Shown here: positions 9,933 to 20,740 of the stretch, one piece after another | Layout: each line of letters opens with the position of its first letter | Numbering within the stretch: the first letter of the stretch is position 1 | Assembly: GCA_045656445.1 (NCBI GenBank) | Contig: JAZORD010000018.1 | Location: forward strand, 1 to 62,084 | Direction of reading: 5' to 3' | Length of the DNA stretch: 62,084 nt | Source of the DNA: Eubacteriales bacterium | GTDB lineage: Bacteria > Bacillota > Clostridia > Oscillospirales > CAG-272 | Made by a program: the position numbers and the translations under genes | The notes under the pieces: generated by a model | The model's database searches: none | What the model was told of the DNA's origin: nothing | The model's input: only the letters and a program-made list of their open reading frames with translations

Positions 9933-9968
9933 TATTTTTCCGTTTTATCAAAATAAGAGGTTTGCAAC

Positions 9969-10190
9969 TGTTGACAAGCACTGTTTTTGTGTGTTTAAAA
10001 ATGTGGAAAACTTATTTGGTGTTAAAAAACGTGTGGAAAATATTCAGCATAAAAACTACACAAATTCGATATTTGAGTAGAAAAGGGCATAAAATCAATT
10101 ATTTTTAAGCAAAAAAGCATTGTTTTTGAACATCGGAAAAGTATATTATTATTTTTGGCGAAGATTTTATCCACAACGGAAAAGTGTATT
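9969..10190. promoter_or_regulatory. DnaA-box-like cluster with direct repeats
   Basis: TTATCCACA at 10167-10175; TGTGGAAAA at 10002-10010 and 10032-10040; TGTTGACAA at 9969-9977. Confidence 0.45.
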
Positions 10191-10193
10191 TAA

Positions 10194-10269
10194 AAATAAA
10201 ACAAGACAGAATTCTTGACGCATCTCCAAAACCGGAGAATGTAACAGGCAGTCTGTCTTGTTTTTATTT
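10194..10269 (-). terminator. Long inverted repeat / terminator downstream of ftsZ
   Basis: AAATAAAACAAGACAGA ... TCTGTCTTGTTTTTATTT. Confidence 0.7.
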
Positions 10270-10283
10270 ACTAATTTTATGCT

Positions 10284-11534
10284 TTATTTCAGCTTGTTTT
10301 TCATTTTTGTAAACCAGTTATCATAGTCTGCGTATGTATCCTTAGAGGTTGTTCTAGAGGGGATAGTATTGACTATGGTGGGCTGATGGTTGGGTCTTTC
10401 GACGGGAGCTTCGAAATTCTCTTCAAAGCTCTCCTTGGCAACCTCTTCGGTAACCGCTTCAATTTCATCAGCCGCGGTATTTTCTGCGGTAGCCTCGGAT
10501 GACTGTATGTGCGCTGTCGGAGCTTCGGTAAATACGGCCTGAGGTGCAGTCAGTGTTTTTGCAGAAGCTTTATTGATAGGCTCGGAAAATCCGGTTGCAA
10601 TTATTGTAACTCTCATTTCGTCCTCAAGAGTAGGGTCAAGAGTAGCGCCCCAAATAATAGTAGCGTCCGGATGCGCTTCCTCGTATATCATCTGAGAAGC
10701 AAGGTTGACCTCGTCAAGCTGTATATCCTGAGATGCAGTTATGCATACGAGTATGCCCATAGCACCTGCAATGCTCGTTTCAAGAAGCGGAGAGGAGATA
10801 GCTGCCATAGATGCAAGCTGCGCTTTATCAGCGCCTTTTGCTGCCCCGACACCCATATGAGCATATCCTGCATTTTTCATAATGGTTGTTACGTCGGCAA
10901 AGTCTAGGTTGATAAATCCGGGAACGTTTATAAGCTCAGATACCGACTGAACTCCGCGACGCAGAACGTCATCAGCAATTTCAAAGGCGTTTGCAAGGGT
11001 GATATGGGTATCCTCGACCTGTTTCAAGCGCTCGTTAGGGATAACTATGAGAGAGTCGACATATTTTGAAAGCTCCGCAATGCCGGCTTCAGCCTGACGG
11101 TATCTTTTTACGCCCTCAAATGCGAAAGGCTTTGTAACTATACCAACCGTCAAAATTCCCATCTCGTGAGCTGCCTTTGCAATTACAGGAGCGGCTCCGG
11201 TACCGGTTCCGCCGCCCATACCGGCAGTAATAAATACCATATCCGCACCGTTGAGAGCATCCTTTACAGAGTCGATGGACTCCTCGGCGCTTCGTTTACC
11301 GACCTCCGGGTTTGAGCCCGCGCCAAAGCCCTTGGTAATCTTATCGCCAATAACGATTTTCTTTGCCGCACAGGAGGTGTTGAGAGCCTGCTTATCGGTA
11401 TTCATTGCTATAAATTCAACGCCTCGGATATTAGTTGAAATCATACGGTTGACTGCGTTGTTTCCGCCACCGCCAACGCCGATTACTTTTATATTAACGC
11501 CACTGTCGTAAACCTGCTCAAAATCGAATTCCAT
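10284..11534 (-). CDS. ftsZ: Cell division GTPase FtsZ
   Basis: [32 protein letters not shown] 11534 after GGAGGA. Confidence 0.99.
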   Translation of the reverse strand: MEFDFEQVYDSGVNIKVIGVGGGGNNAVNRMISTNIRGVEFIAMNTDKQALNTSCAAKKIVIGDKITKGFGAGSNPEVGKRSAEESIDSVKDALNGADMVFITAGMGGGTGTGAAPVIAKAAHEMGILTVGIVTKPFAFEGVKRYRQAEAGIAELSKYVDSLIVIPNERLKQVEDTHITLANAFEIADDVLRRGVQSVSELINVPGFINLDFADVTTIMKNAGYAHMGVGAAKGADKAQLASMAAISSPLLETSIAGAMGILVCITASQDIQLDEVNLASQMIYEEAHPDATIIWGATLDPTLEDEMRVTIIATGFSEPINKASAKTLTAPQAVFTEAPTAHIQSSEATAENTAADEIEAVTEEVAKESFEENFEAPVERPNHQPTIVNTIPSRTTSKDTYADYDNWFTKMKNKLK

Positions 11535-11597
11535 TTTTAGTCCTCCCATATATTAAATATATATAAATATTTATCTTATTATATCTTCTTATATATA

Positions 11598-11626
11598 ATT
11601 ATAAGGGGTAATTAGGACAAATGCAA
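11598..11626 (-). promoter_or_regulatory. sigma-A promoter directly upstream of ftsZ
   Basis: TTGCAT-N17-TATAAT. Confidence 0.65.
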
Positions 11627-11761
11627 GCAAATTTTAGGAATTAACATTTTGTTATCATTTTCCGTAATTTTTCGTCAATAAATACGTGGCAGAAACATAG
11701 TTTTGGTGGTTTTTTGATTCTTAATGTCGGAAAATGCAGGTCATAATGTGTGGCAGAATAA

Positions 11762-12862
11762 TTATATCAGAGAAAATATTTCATCTCTTATAAACTTTTC
11801 AGACCCTTCAACGTAAAATTTGCGTATTCCGTCGCACATACTCCTTCTTAAATGGATATCATTCTCCAGTTTTGTTACCGCGTCTAAAAGAGCTCTTTCT
11901 GAAAGGTCCTTTTCTTCTATCATAATGGCTGCGCCGCTATCTGATATAAGCTTTGCATTTTTGTATTGATGGTTATTCGTTACGTTTGGAGATGGAATCA
12001 AAATTGCAGCAACGCCCACTGCGCTAAGCTCTGCAATCGTCATAGCACCGCATCTTGAAATAACTGCATCTGCTGCCCTTATCACAGTAGGCATATCGTC
12101 AATATACGGCTTTATGATACAGCCATTCTTTCCCCTGAAAAATTCGGGAAAATCTCTTTTCAACTCCTTTTCATATTTATTTCCGCATCCGTGAATGTGT
12201 CGTATACTTCGGTTATTTGCCGAGTGGCTTCTCATAAGTGCAATCGCTGCGTCGTTCATTGTTCTGGCGCCGCCGCTTCCACCGAAGGATACTATAAGGA
12301 ATTCCTTACCTGAAATTCCAAGTCTTTTCCTTGCGTCCGCTTTGCTCAAGGTTAAAAACTCATCTCTTACAGGGTTGCCAACGATTTTAACGTTTTTTTT
12401 CTTTTTAAATTCTTTTTCCGTTCCGGGAAGATTGAGAAGTAATCTGTCACATTTGGGAGCAAGTAGTTTTGTTACAAGACCGGGGGCAGCGTTAGATTCA
12501 TGTATAACAGTGGGGATATTAAGTTTTTGCGCGGATTTTATAACCGGCCAGGTAACGTAGCCACCTGTACCGACTACCACATCGGGAGAGAACTCCCGTA
12601 TTATTTTTTTTGACTTTTTGAGAGCTTCGATAACGGCAAGTATATTTTGGAAGTTCTCAATGCTAATATTTCTTTTAAATCCGCGGATACTTAAAGTTTT
12701 TAGAGGAAAGCCCCGCCTTTCAATCATTCGGTTTTCATCTCCACACTCTCTGCCTATGAACATAATATCCGCGTCAGAGCGTTTTTCCAAAATTGATTCG
12801 GCTATTGCCAAAGCAGGTGTAATATGACCTGCAGTACCGCCTCCGCAAAATAAAATTCTCAT
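11762..12862 (-). CDS. murG: Lipid II GlcNAc transferase
   Basis: GGGTAGHITP, GTGGYV, HESN, GNPVR, GGSGGA, HQYKNA. Confidence 0.97.
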   Translation of the reverse strand: MRILFCGGGTAGHITPALAIAESILEKRSDADIMFIGRECGDENRMIERRGFPLKTLSIRGFKRNISIENFQNILAVIEALKKSKKIIREFSPDVVVGTGGYVTWPVIKSAQKLNIPTVIHESNAAPGLVTKLLAPKCDRLLLNLPGTEKEFKKKKNVKIVGNPVRDEFLTLSKADARKRLGISGKEFLIVSFGGSGGARTMNDAAIALMRSHSANNRSIRHIHGCGNKYEKELKRDFPEFFRGKNGCIIKPYIDDMPTVIRAADAVISRCGAMTIAELSAVGVAAILIPSPNVTNNHQYKNAKLISDSGAAIMIEEKDLSERALLDAVTKLENDIHLRRSMCDGIRKFYVEGSEKFIRDEIFSLI

Positions 12863-12881
12863 AAATTATTCCCCCGGAATC

Positions 12882-14054
12882 TTATTTGGTAATTCTTGAA
12901 AATCTTGATATAGATAAAAGTATTCCCATTTCGATGAATATCATTATAAGAGAAGAGCCACCGTAGCTAAAAAAGGGAAGAGAGATGCCTGTGTTTGGGA
13001 TGGTATTAGTAACGACGGCAACGTTGAGGAGCACCTGAATAGCCATTTTCGCGCTTATACCGAAGGCTGTTAATCTTGAAAAAATATCCTGTGCTCTCAG
13101 CGCTATAAAAAATCCGCGGTATACTAGAAGCGCGAAGAGAAAAAGCGCGATAAGTGCGCCCACTATTCCAAGCTCCTCGCAAAGTATGGTAAATATCATA
13201 TCGTTTGCAGGCTCTGAAACGTAGCAGTGCTTCATTACGCTGTTTCCGTAACCCACACCGAATATTCCGCCCGAACCGATTGCCATAAGTCCCTGCAGGG
13301 TTTGCCATCCTCCTGTCAGCTTATATGCTTCGGGATTTTGCCACACCGTTATTCGTTCTTTTGTATAGTCGGTAAACAGTGCGAGCGCCGTTATTCCGCC
13401 ACCGCCCGCAATACAGCACATAGCAATATACCTTAGGTCTGCGCCTGCACCGACAATCATAAGTAGTCCAAGTGCCCCAAGTATGATTATACAGGAAAGA
13501 TGCTTTTGAAGCATTACGAGAACTATCGGAATAAGCATCAAAGTTATCGGAAGGAGTGTGCCGTATGTAAAGATTGTTTTTTTGTTTTTCTTTTCCAGCG
13601 CTAATTCTTCGTAATCAGAAAAGTATTTTGCAAGTATGAGTATTATAGCTATTTTTGCAATTTCCGATGGTTGTATTGTCAAAGGACCTATTGAAATCCA
13701 ACGCTTTGCTCCGTTTCCTACCATACCTACTACCAGAACGAGCAGCAGCAACACAAGAGTAACGGTATAAATTATCGGGGTTATCCCCTCATAAAAGCTT
13801 GGCTTTATATGAGAGGCAGCATACATAGCCAAAAGTCCTAAAGCCAGCCATATGATTTGTCTTTTAATAAAGTAAAATCCGTCGTCATAGCGTGCGTAAG
13901 CGTAGGCGTATCCTGCACTGAAAACCATAACTGTGCCAAAGAGTGCAAGAGCAAGGACGGTAAGGGTAAGAAGCATATCGCACCCTGGCACGTTTTTTAT
14001 ACAGAGCGATCCTTTGAAGGAGCTGACTTTAATTTTAAAGAGCTTATTTTTCAT
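12882..14054 (-). CDS. ftsW: SEDS-family peptidoglycan polymerase FtsW/SpoVE
   Basis: GAKRWI, QPSEIAK, IGSGG, NDMIF..EELG, PNTGISLPFFSYGGSS; ATGA overlap with mraY. Confidence 0.92.
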   Translation of the reverse strand: MKNKLFKIKVSSFKGSLCIKNVPGCDMLLTLTVLALALFGTVMVFSAGYAYAYARYDDGFYFIKRQIIWLALGLLAMYAASHIKPSFYEGITPIIYTVTLVLLLLVLVVGMVGNGAKRWISIGPLTIQPSEIAKIAIILILAKYFSDYEELALEKKNKKTIFTYGTLLPITLMLIPIVLVMLQKHLSCIIILGALGLLMIVGAGADLRYIAMCCIAGGGGITALALFTDYTKERITVWQNPEAYKLTGGWQTLQGLMAIGSGGIFGVGYGNSVMKHCYVSEPANDMIFTILCEELGIVGALIALFLFALLVYRGFFIALRAQDIFSRLTAFGISAKMAIQVLLNVAVVTNTIPNTGISLPFFSYGGSSLIMIFIEMGILLSISRFSRITK

Positions 14055-15037
14055 GGTAAATAAAATATATACGCGGGAATTGAGAAAACAAAAGTTACAA
14101 TCATCGCTACGATGCAAATTTTGTTCTCACTCCACCCGCATTTTTCAAGATGATGATGAAGCGGAGCCATTTTGAATATCCTCTTATGCGTCAGCTTAAA
14201 GTAGCAAACCTGTATAATTACAGATACTCCTTCAATTACATATACACCCGCAATAAAAATTAGCAGTATGGGGTTGTTGAGAGTAAATGCGCAGGAGGAA
14301 ATGAGTGCTCCGAAAAACAGTGACCCAGTATCTCCCATAAAAATTTTTGCCGGATGAAGATTGAAAATTAAAAAAGCAACCGAAATACCGATTACCGCAG
14401 CGGATAATACACTTGTTTCAACGTTCAACGCCGCAGAAACATAAAAAAATGAAACTCCCACGGCAAAGGCGACGGATGAAGCAAGTCCGTCTATTCCGTC
14501 GGTTAGGTTTGCACAGTTTACAATACCGAGCAGCACAAACAGAGCAAGAGGGTAATAGAAAATGCCAAGCTCTATGTCTCCAAAGGAAAAGGCAAGAGAG
14601 GTGCTGGAATTAAGAAGAACTCGTCTTAACAGTAGGAAGAGCACTGCGGAAAAAAGCTGTAAAAGCATTTTTTGGCGCGGGGTGAGTCCCTCATTTTCCT
14701 TTCTCTTTAATTTTTTCAGGTCGTCAATTACACCAATAAGTGCGTTTGCTACCGCGTAAACTAGAGATATAATAAGCGCGGTAGCCACTTCATCGGATAT
14801 AAAAAACAACGAGAAAGCAGATGTGGCAAGTATCGTTACGGTTGCCGCTAAAAGAAAAGCAACGCCCCCCATTGTTGGAGTACCGCTTTTCTTTAAATGC
14901 CAGGATGGCCCGTCCTTGTATATCGGCTGCTTCGCGCTTTTTGACAGAGCAGGAATAAGCCTTTTTTCCGCAATTGCAGTTATTACGAACGATGCTATAA
15001 AAACGAAAATATAAAGAGGAAAATATTTGTCAAGCAT
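14051..15037 (-). CDS. mraY: Phospho-N-acetylmuramoyl-pentapeptide transferase
   Basis: KSGTPTMGG, NLTDGIDGL, IFMGDTGS, FKMAPLHHH. Confidence 0.98.
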   Translation of the reverse strand: MLDKYFPLYIFVFIASFVITAIAEKRLIPALSKSAKQPIYKDGPSWHLKKSGTPTMGGVAFLLAATVTILATSAFSLFFISDEVATALIISLVYAVANALIGVIDDLKKLKRKENEGLTPRQKMLLQLFSAVLFLLLRRVLLNSSTSLAFSFGDIELGIFYYPLALFVLLGIVNCANLTDGIDGLASSVAFAVGVSFFYVSAALNVETSVLSAAVIGISVAFLIFNLHPAKIFMGDTGSLFFGALISSCAFTLNNPILLIFIAGVYVIEGVSVIIQVCYFKLTHKRIFKMAPLHHHLEKCGWSENKICIVAMIVTFVFSIPAYIFYLP

Positions 15038-15057
15038 TTTAATTTTTTCCTTTTTGT

Positions 15058-16443
15058 TTATTGTTTTTTGCTTTCAATGACTGAGGTCAAAATATAAATT
15101 ATTCTTTCTGCGTGAGTAGCGTGAGAGGCTTTGAAGAGTACCAGTTCTCCCTTTGTGTAATTATCAAGTATTTGCCTTGCGGTACAGTCGGGATTCGTTA
15201 TATCAGTATTGATAAAAATTCTGTCTTCCGGTGCACCCGCTTCCAATGCACCCTCTTTTATGAACGGTGAATAAACGCCAAAACCAAAAATTTTTTCAAA
15301 GCCGTGCTTTACCGCAGCGCGTCCAATTTCCTTGTGCATACATTCTGTATGAGCGCCAAGCTCCAGCATATCACCTAGGACGCAGCTCCTTTTTTTTGCT
15401 TTATGAAGGGCGAGAAGCTCAAAATCAGCAAGAACTGCCTCAGGCGAAGAGCTGTATGTGTCATCGTAAAGGGTTAGCTCACCGATACTAATGAATTTTC
15501 CCCTCACCGAACCGTTGTCAATAACCGATAATGCTCCCTTAATGTTTTCTAAATCTATTCCGAGAAGTGTCATCACCTCTATCGAAAAAGCAACGGCGTA
15601 GAACATGTGTCGACCCGGCAGGGAAATTTTTTGCATAGTAATAGAGCCAAGACAGGTGTATATATCAACTAATGAGTAAGAGGTGTCTAAGTGCTTTTCA
15701 ATAATACAGCAATCGGCATCGGTGTCTTTTAGAGATACCGCATATCTGCCTTCAATTTCTGAGAGCAGCAACTCGTCTTTTGGTACTATCACCAAAGGCG
15801 TGCTCATTCCGTCCAAAATCTCAAGCTTTGCAGATGCTATAAGCTCTCGGTTTCCAAGATTACCAATATGTGCTGAGCCGATATTAGTTATTATGCTTAT
15901 ATTTGGTCGCAGTGCTTTTGAGAGGAGACTGATTTCACCAAGGTGGTTCATTCCAAGCTCCGCAACTAAAATTTCCGTATCCTTGGGTGCGGTTAAAACT
16001 GTGTGAAAGAGTCCTAGAAAATTATTGTAATTTTCCTTTGTTGCGTGAACCTTGAAACAGGTCGAGAGCATTTTTGATAAAATGTTTTTTGTTGTGGTTT
16101 TTCCAACGCTGCCGGTTATAGCTACAGTTTTTTTGAGTGATGGGAGCTTGGATTTATAGTATGAGGCAAGGTCAAGCAGTGCAAGATAAGTATCCCCAAC
16201 AAATAACTCCGCAGAGTAAACACCGGCTGACATAACATATGCCCCTCGTCCTCTTGCTTCGTCAATATAGTCATCTCCGCAGTTGTGTTCTCCGGGGATA
16301 GCTACAAAAAGATCGCCAGGGAGCGCTTCCTTTGAATTTGTGACTATTGCTCCTATTACTGCATTCATCTGATAGCTTGCCGTCGCTCGCGTTGCTGATT
16401 TTACCTCATCAAGCGTAATTCGTATTTCGGGTATTATTCTCAT
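15058..16443 (-). CDS. murF: UDP-MurNAc-tripeptide D-Ala-D-Ala ligase
   Basis: TGSVGKTTTK, ELGMNHLGEI, LGDMLELG, KAS. Confidence 0.95.
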   Translation of the reverse strand: MRIIPEIRITLDEVKSATRATASYQMNAVIGAIVTNSKEALPGDLFVAIPGEHNCGDDYIDEARGRGAYVMSAGVYSAELFVGDTYLALLDLASYYKSKLPSLKKTVAITGSVGKTTTKNILSKMLSTCFKVHATKENYNNFLGLFHTVLTAPKDTEILVAELGMNHLGEISLLSKALRPNISIITNIGSAHIGNLGNRELIASAKLEILDGMSTPLVIVPKDELLLSEIEGRYAVSLKDTDADCCIIEKHLDTSYSLVDIYTCLGSITMQKISLPGRHMFYAVAFSIEVMTLLGIDLENIKGALSVIDNGSVRGKFISIGELTLYDDTYSSSPEAVLADFELLALHKAKKRSCVLGDMLELGAHTECMHKEIGRAAVKHGFEKIFGFGVYSPFIKEGALEAGAPEDRIFINTDITNPDCTARQILDNYTKGELVLFKASHATHAERIIYILTSVIESKKQ

Positions 16444-17915
16444 ATATTGCAGCGCATCCTCCGCTCCGATAAAGCTTCCTTTATTATCTCTCTTTCGTCA
16501 AAATTATGATAACCGTTTTTGTCTATGTTATATCGTTCGTGACCTTTACCGATAACAGCGACAATATCACCCGTATTTGCAGCAAGTATAGCGCTTCTTA
16601 TTGCGTTTTTCCTTGACGTGATGACCTTACGTTTTTTAGTTTCTGTAAATCCCATCAGTATATCCGAAAGTATTTCTGCAACCGATTCATTTCTCGAATT
16701 GTCTGTCGTAACTATTATAAAATCAGAATACTCCTCGGCAATTTTTGCCATTCTTGGTCTCTTTTCACGGTCGCGTTCGCCACCGCATCCAAAGACTGTT
16801 GTTAGTTTCTGCTCTTGATTTTGTGTTGATTTTAGCATTTTTAAAACATTGCGCAATGCCGCCTCTGTATGTGCGTAATCAATTATTACGGTTATGTCAT
16901 CTTCGATTTTTTCAAGTCTTCCATCTATAGATTCAAGATTTGATATAGCATTCTTTGCAATACAGGGGTGCACACCCATAACCATAGCGGCGCTGATTGC
17001 CATCATTGAGTTATATATATTATACGCGCCACCGATGTTAAGACGAACCTTAAACAATCTGTTTTTTTCGCGGTAAATGTATTCTGAGCCGGAAAGACCG
17101 TGCATATTAACCTCGTCTGCCATTGTGTCACCGCTGTTTATTATTCCAATTCTTATTTTGCTACATGAGCACTCCTCAGAGCATCTTTTAGAATATGCAT
17201 CATCCATATTAAACACGCCGTTTTTCGTTTGTAAAAATAGCTTGCTTTTCGTCTGATAATAGGATTCCATATCACCGTGAAAATCTATGTGCTCGTGCGA
17301 AAGATTAGTGAATATTGACACCTCAAATGGTATCGGTAGAACCTTATCAAAATATAAAGCGTGACTTGAAACCTCCATTACGACGGTGTCACACCCCGCT
17401 TTTTCCATTTCCTTTATTGCTGAATAAAGTGTGTGTGGGTCAGGGGTGGTCATTGAATATTTAGAATCGCTTAGCCTTTTTTTGTCAGCTACAATTTTCC
17501 CCGTGCCGATAAATCCCACCCTCATTCCCGAATGAGAGAGTATATGAGCCAGCATAGTTGCAGTACTAGTTTTTCCGTTAGTTCCCGTAACTGCGGCGAA
17601 TCGCATTTTTCCGTAATCGATTTCATAAAACTGTGAATATAAAAAGGGAAGAATGCGACGGGTGTTGCTTGCTCTGAGTATTGGTACAGTATCCGAGTAT
17701 ACAGGCACATCTGGCTCGCATATTATTGCTGCGGGCTTTTTACATAATATGTAGCTTATTATTTTATTTACGTCAAATTTTATGCTTTTTATAATTACGA
17801 ACAGTGTATGTTCACCTATATCGTCCGCGTGTGTGGCTATGTCGTTTATTTCTATTTCTTTTATGTCCTTATCACACGAAAATTCCTGATTGTATATCAG
17901 TCGTTCAAGTTTCAT
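16440..17915 (-). CDS. murE: UDP-MurNAc-dipeptide meso-DAP ligase
   Basis: TGTNGKTS, MEVSSH, DYAHT, FGCGGERD, DNSR (DNPR-like), GKGHE. Confidence 0.96.
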   Translation of the reverse strand: MKLERLIYNQEFSCDKDIKEIEINDIATHADDIGEHTLFVIIKSIKFDVNKIISYILCKKPAAIICEPDVPVYSDTVPILRASNTRRILPFLYSQFYEIDYGKMRFAAVTGTNGKTSTATMLAHILSHSGMRVGFIGTGKIVADKKRLSDSKYSMTTPDPHTLYSAIKEMEKAGCDTVVMEVSSHALYFDKVLPIPFEVSIFTNLSHEHIDFHGDMESYYQTKSKLFLQTKNGVFNMDDAYSKRCSEECSCSKIRIGIINSGDTMADEVNMHGLSGSEYIYREKNRLFKVRLNIGGAYNIYNSMMAISAAMVMGVHPCIAKNAISNLESIDGRLEKIEDDITVIIDYAHTEAALRNVLKMLKSTQNQEQKLTTVFGCGGERDREKRPRMAKIAEEYSDFIIVTTDNSRNESVAEILSDILMGFTETKKRKVITSRKNAIRSAILAANTGDIVAVIGKGHERYNIDKNGYHNFDEREIIKEALSERRMRCNI

Positions 17916-17927
17916 TACTCATTCCCC

Positions 17928-20171
17928 CTAATCTTCAAAATCGGTTACCAAGGTTTCAAGCGTTATTACGCTTCCGCGCGTTACCACAGCCCCTAGAGGA
18001 AGTGACTGAAAAACAACAGTACCTCCGGACAGGCTTCCGTTAATTTTTATGTTTAGTCCCGACTCCAGCGCCAGCTCCGCAGCCTTTTCAATGGGAATTC
18101 CCGTTAGGCTCGGCACAGTAACCCTGTCACTCTGCTCCGAGGTGAAGAGTATTATTTTTGCGTGGGCGGTGCTTATTTTATCATCGCTTCCGGGAGTTTG
18201 TCTTATTACTGTATTTCCATCTCCGACAATCTCGTAGTTTAACTTTTTTTCAGTGAGTCTTATTTTTGCCTCGTTTACTGATAATCCAACATAGTTGTCT
18301 ACCTCTGAATTTACCGTTTCCTCGGTTGATTCAAAATCAAGGTAGGGCAATATTTTTGTAAATAGATTGGATATGTAGGGCGCGGCAACCACGCTTCCGT
18401 ATTTTACCGACGTCATTGGCTCGTCAACGACTATGATAGCTGCAACACCCTTATCCTTATCAACGGAATATGCAACGGTTGAGCCTATTCTAAGGTAGGA
18501 ATTTCCGTTAGCATCAAGAACGTCAAATTTTTGGGAGGTTCCGGTTTTTGCGGCAACCTTATATCCGTCGACTCTTGCATTCTTTGCGCCACCATCTCCG
18601 CTTACGCCCTCCTCAAGCACGGTTTTTATTGCATTCGCCACGTCCTTTGATATGACCTGCGTCTTGGTTTTTGTTGTGTGCTGTGATATAATCCTTCCGT
18701 CGCTGTCTATAACCTTGTCTACGACATAAGGAGTGACAAGGCTACCTCCGTTTGCAACTGCGGCGATTGCCGTCAGATGATTTATCACGGAAACCTTGAA
18801 TCTTTGACCAAAGGAAACGGTCGCAAGCTCTGTAGAACCTATATTTTCAAGCTTGTGAAAAATAGTTTCAGCTTCGCTTGGAAGATCTATGCCGCTTTTT
18901 TCAAAGTATCCAAAGCTATCTATATATTTATAAAAGGCTTCTGCGCCTATCCTTTCAGCAATCTGCATCATAGTGGGGTTGCAGGACATTTGTAAGCCGT
19001 AGGCTAGGGAAAAGCCGGAGCCGTGACCTGTCGTTTTATGACATTTTATGTGCCACCCGCCCACCTCGTAAAATCCAATGCAAGAGAACCTATCGGTTAA
19101 TTTTGCAGCGCCAGTATCAAGTGCTGTTGCAACAGTAATTATTTTAAAGGTCGAACCGGGCTCGTAGGTTTCGCTTACCGCCTTGTTGGACCACATAATT
19201 TCTAGAAGCTCACGTTTATATTTTTTGTATTCATCGCTTCCCTCGAGGTATTCGGATTCGGAAAGCTTTTTCTTTGATACGTCATCAAGCTCGTACGGGT
19301 TATTGGGGTTGAATGGGGATGAGGTTGCCATAGCTAAAATAGCCCCTGTTGTTGTATCCATAACCACACCTGTAACTCTGTTTTTAACCTCATGATTTTT
19401 TAATATTGCTTCAAGCTGGCTCTCAAGCTCTCTTTGAACGTATGAATCAAGTGTTGTTACGAGGCTATAGCCGTCTTTTGCAGGGGAGTATGATGAATAT
19501 TCCGTATTAAGTGCGTTTCCGTTAGCATCTTTTGCGTAAAGGTAATATCCATCCGTACCTTTCAGAGTTTTGTCATAATAGTATTCAATTCCGTATAACC
19601 CTTGGTTGTCGCTTCCGGTAAAACCGAGAACATGAGCAGCCAGCGTTCCATAAGGATAATATCTTGAACTCTGTGCTTCGGTGAATATCAGCTTTTCTAA
19701 GGAATTTTTCTCTATAAAGCGTAACACCTCGGTGTATTCCTCTTCTGTAACAGATTTCTTTATAGTAACGTCAAGCTGGTTGGTTTTCTTGATTTTTTCA
19801 ATTAGAGTGTCCTTATCTACACCAAGAATATTCGAAAGACCAACGGCTATAATATCTGAATATTTTTTCCCGGTTTCCTTTTCCGCTTTCTTTATATCCC
19901 TTGTTGAAATAAATATTCTCCAGACTGTACTTGTCGTGGCAAGAAGATTCATTTCAGAATCGTATATATTCCCGCGCTCAGCGCGCAATGCTGATGTCGT
20001 GGTTATTTGGTCGAACACCTTTTCTTTATAATAGTCGTATTTGAAAACCTGAAGCTTTATGAGATTGCTTAGCAAAAAAGAGGTAAATAAAAGGAAAGCC
20101 GTAGAAATTACGAGTATTCTTTTTTTTGTAAGCGTTATGGTGTTTTTTCCTTTTATGTCGCTTTTTTTCAT
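17928..20171 (-). CDS. spoVD: Class B penicillin-binding protein (SpoVD/FtsI) with PASTA domains
   Basis: RGNIYD, RYYP, EPGSTFK (SxxK), SCN, KTGT; C-terminal PASTA-like repeats. Confidence 0.85.
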   Translation of the reverse strand: MKKSDIKGKNTITLTKKRILVISTAFLLFTSFLLSNLIKLQVFKYDYYKEKVFDQITTTSALRAERGNIYDSEMNLLATTSTVWRIFISTRDIKKAEKETGKKYSDIIAVGLSNILGVDKDTLIEKIKKTNQLDVTIKKSVTEEEYTEVLRFIEKNSLEKLIFTEAQSSRYYPYGTLAAHVLGFTGSDNQGLYGIEYYYDKTLKGTDGYYLYAKDANGNALNTEYSSYSPAKDGYSLVTTLDSYVQRELESQLEAILKNHEVKNRVTGVVMDTTTGAILAMATSSPFNPNNPYELDDVSKKKLSESEYLEGSDEYKKYKRELLEIMWSNKAVSETYEPGSTFKIITVATALDTGAAKLTDRFSCIGFYEVGGWHIKCHKTTGHGSGFSLAYGLQMSCNPTMMQIAERIGAEAFYKYIDSFGYFEKSGIDLPSEAETIFHKLENIGSTELATVSFGQRFKVSVINHLTAIAAVANGGSLVTPYVVDKVIDSDGRIISQHTTKTKTQVISKDVANAIKTVLEEGVSGDGGAKNARVDGYKVAAKTGTSQKFDVLDANGNSYLRIGSTVAYSVDKDKGVAAIIVVDEPMTSVKYGSVVAAPYISNLFTKILPYLDFESTEETVNSEVDNYVGLSVNEAKIRLTEKKLNYEIVGDGNTVIRQTPGSDDKISTAHAKIILFTSEQSDRVTVPSLTGIPIEKAAELALESGLNIKINGSLSGGTVVFQSLPLGAVVTRGSVITLETLVTDFED

Positions 20172-20223
20172 TTACTGCCCCTCATTAAGCTTTATGCTTT
20201 TTTTTGATTTATCTATATAAAAC

Positions 20224-20262
20224 AAAAAATATAGCGACAACTCTTGCGAGCTATCGCTATAT
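20224..20262 (-). terminator. Terminator hairpin inside the dcw cluster
   Basis: ATATAGCGA/TCGCTATAT stem with a minus-strand T tract. Confidence 0.6.
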
Positions 20263-20299
20263 CTTATTTTTGAGGAGAATGATTTATGAAAAATAATGA

Positions 20300-20728
20300 T
20301 TATTTTTTTGTGGTGTAGCTATAATCCGGAGTCTTTTCCGTACCGTAGCTTTCGGTGTGTACCGTTGCGGGAGTGTCATTTGTCACGCTTCTTAAGCTAA
20401 CTGTCGCATAGGTAACTATAAGTGTGCAGGCAACCAAAGCGGACATAAGTGCTGCAACAGAGGTGCGGAAAGGGAACTTTTTGATTATTTTATCCTTTAC
20501 AGGAGGCTTTTTTACGGTCAGTCTATCGTTTACGTATCTGAAGAATGAGGTAATTGCCGTAGTATTTGAAGCACAGCTTTTGGCAACAGGAAGCCCTGAG
20601 CTTTCTTTTTTCTTGCCAGCCTTCATGAGCATATATTCGCCAAGAGAGTATTCGGTATTTTCGTTAACTACGGTAAATCTGTTTTTCATATTGGTATAAA
20701 GTGCTTCATAGGCGTTAACTGTGTTCAT
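20300..20728 (-). CDS. Single-TM hypothetical protein at the ftsL position
   Basis: GGAGA RBS; lies between rsmH and the class B PBP; one hydrophobic segment SVAALMSALVACTLIVTYATV. Confidence 0.75.
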   Translation of the reverse strand: MNTVNAYEALYTNMKNRFTVVNENTEYSLGEYMLMKAGKKKESSGLPVAKSCASNTTAITSFFRYVNDRLTVKKPPVKDKIIKKFPFRTSVAALMSALVACTLIVTYATVSLRSVTNDTPATVHTESYGTEKTPDYSYTTKK

Positions 20729-20740
20729 TTTTCTATCTCC

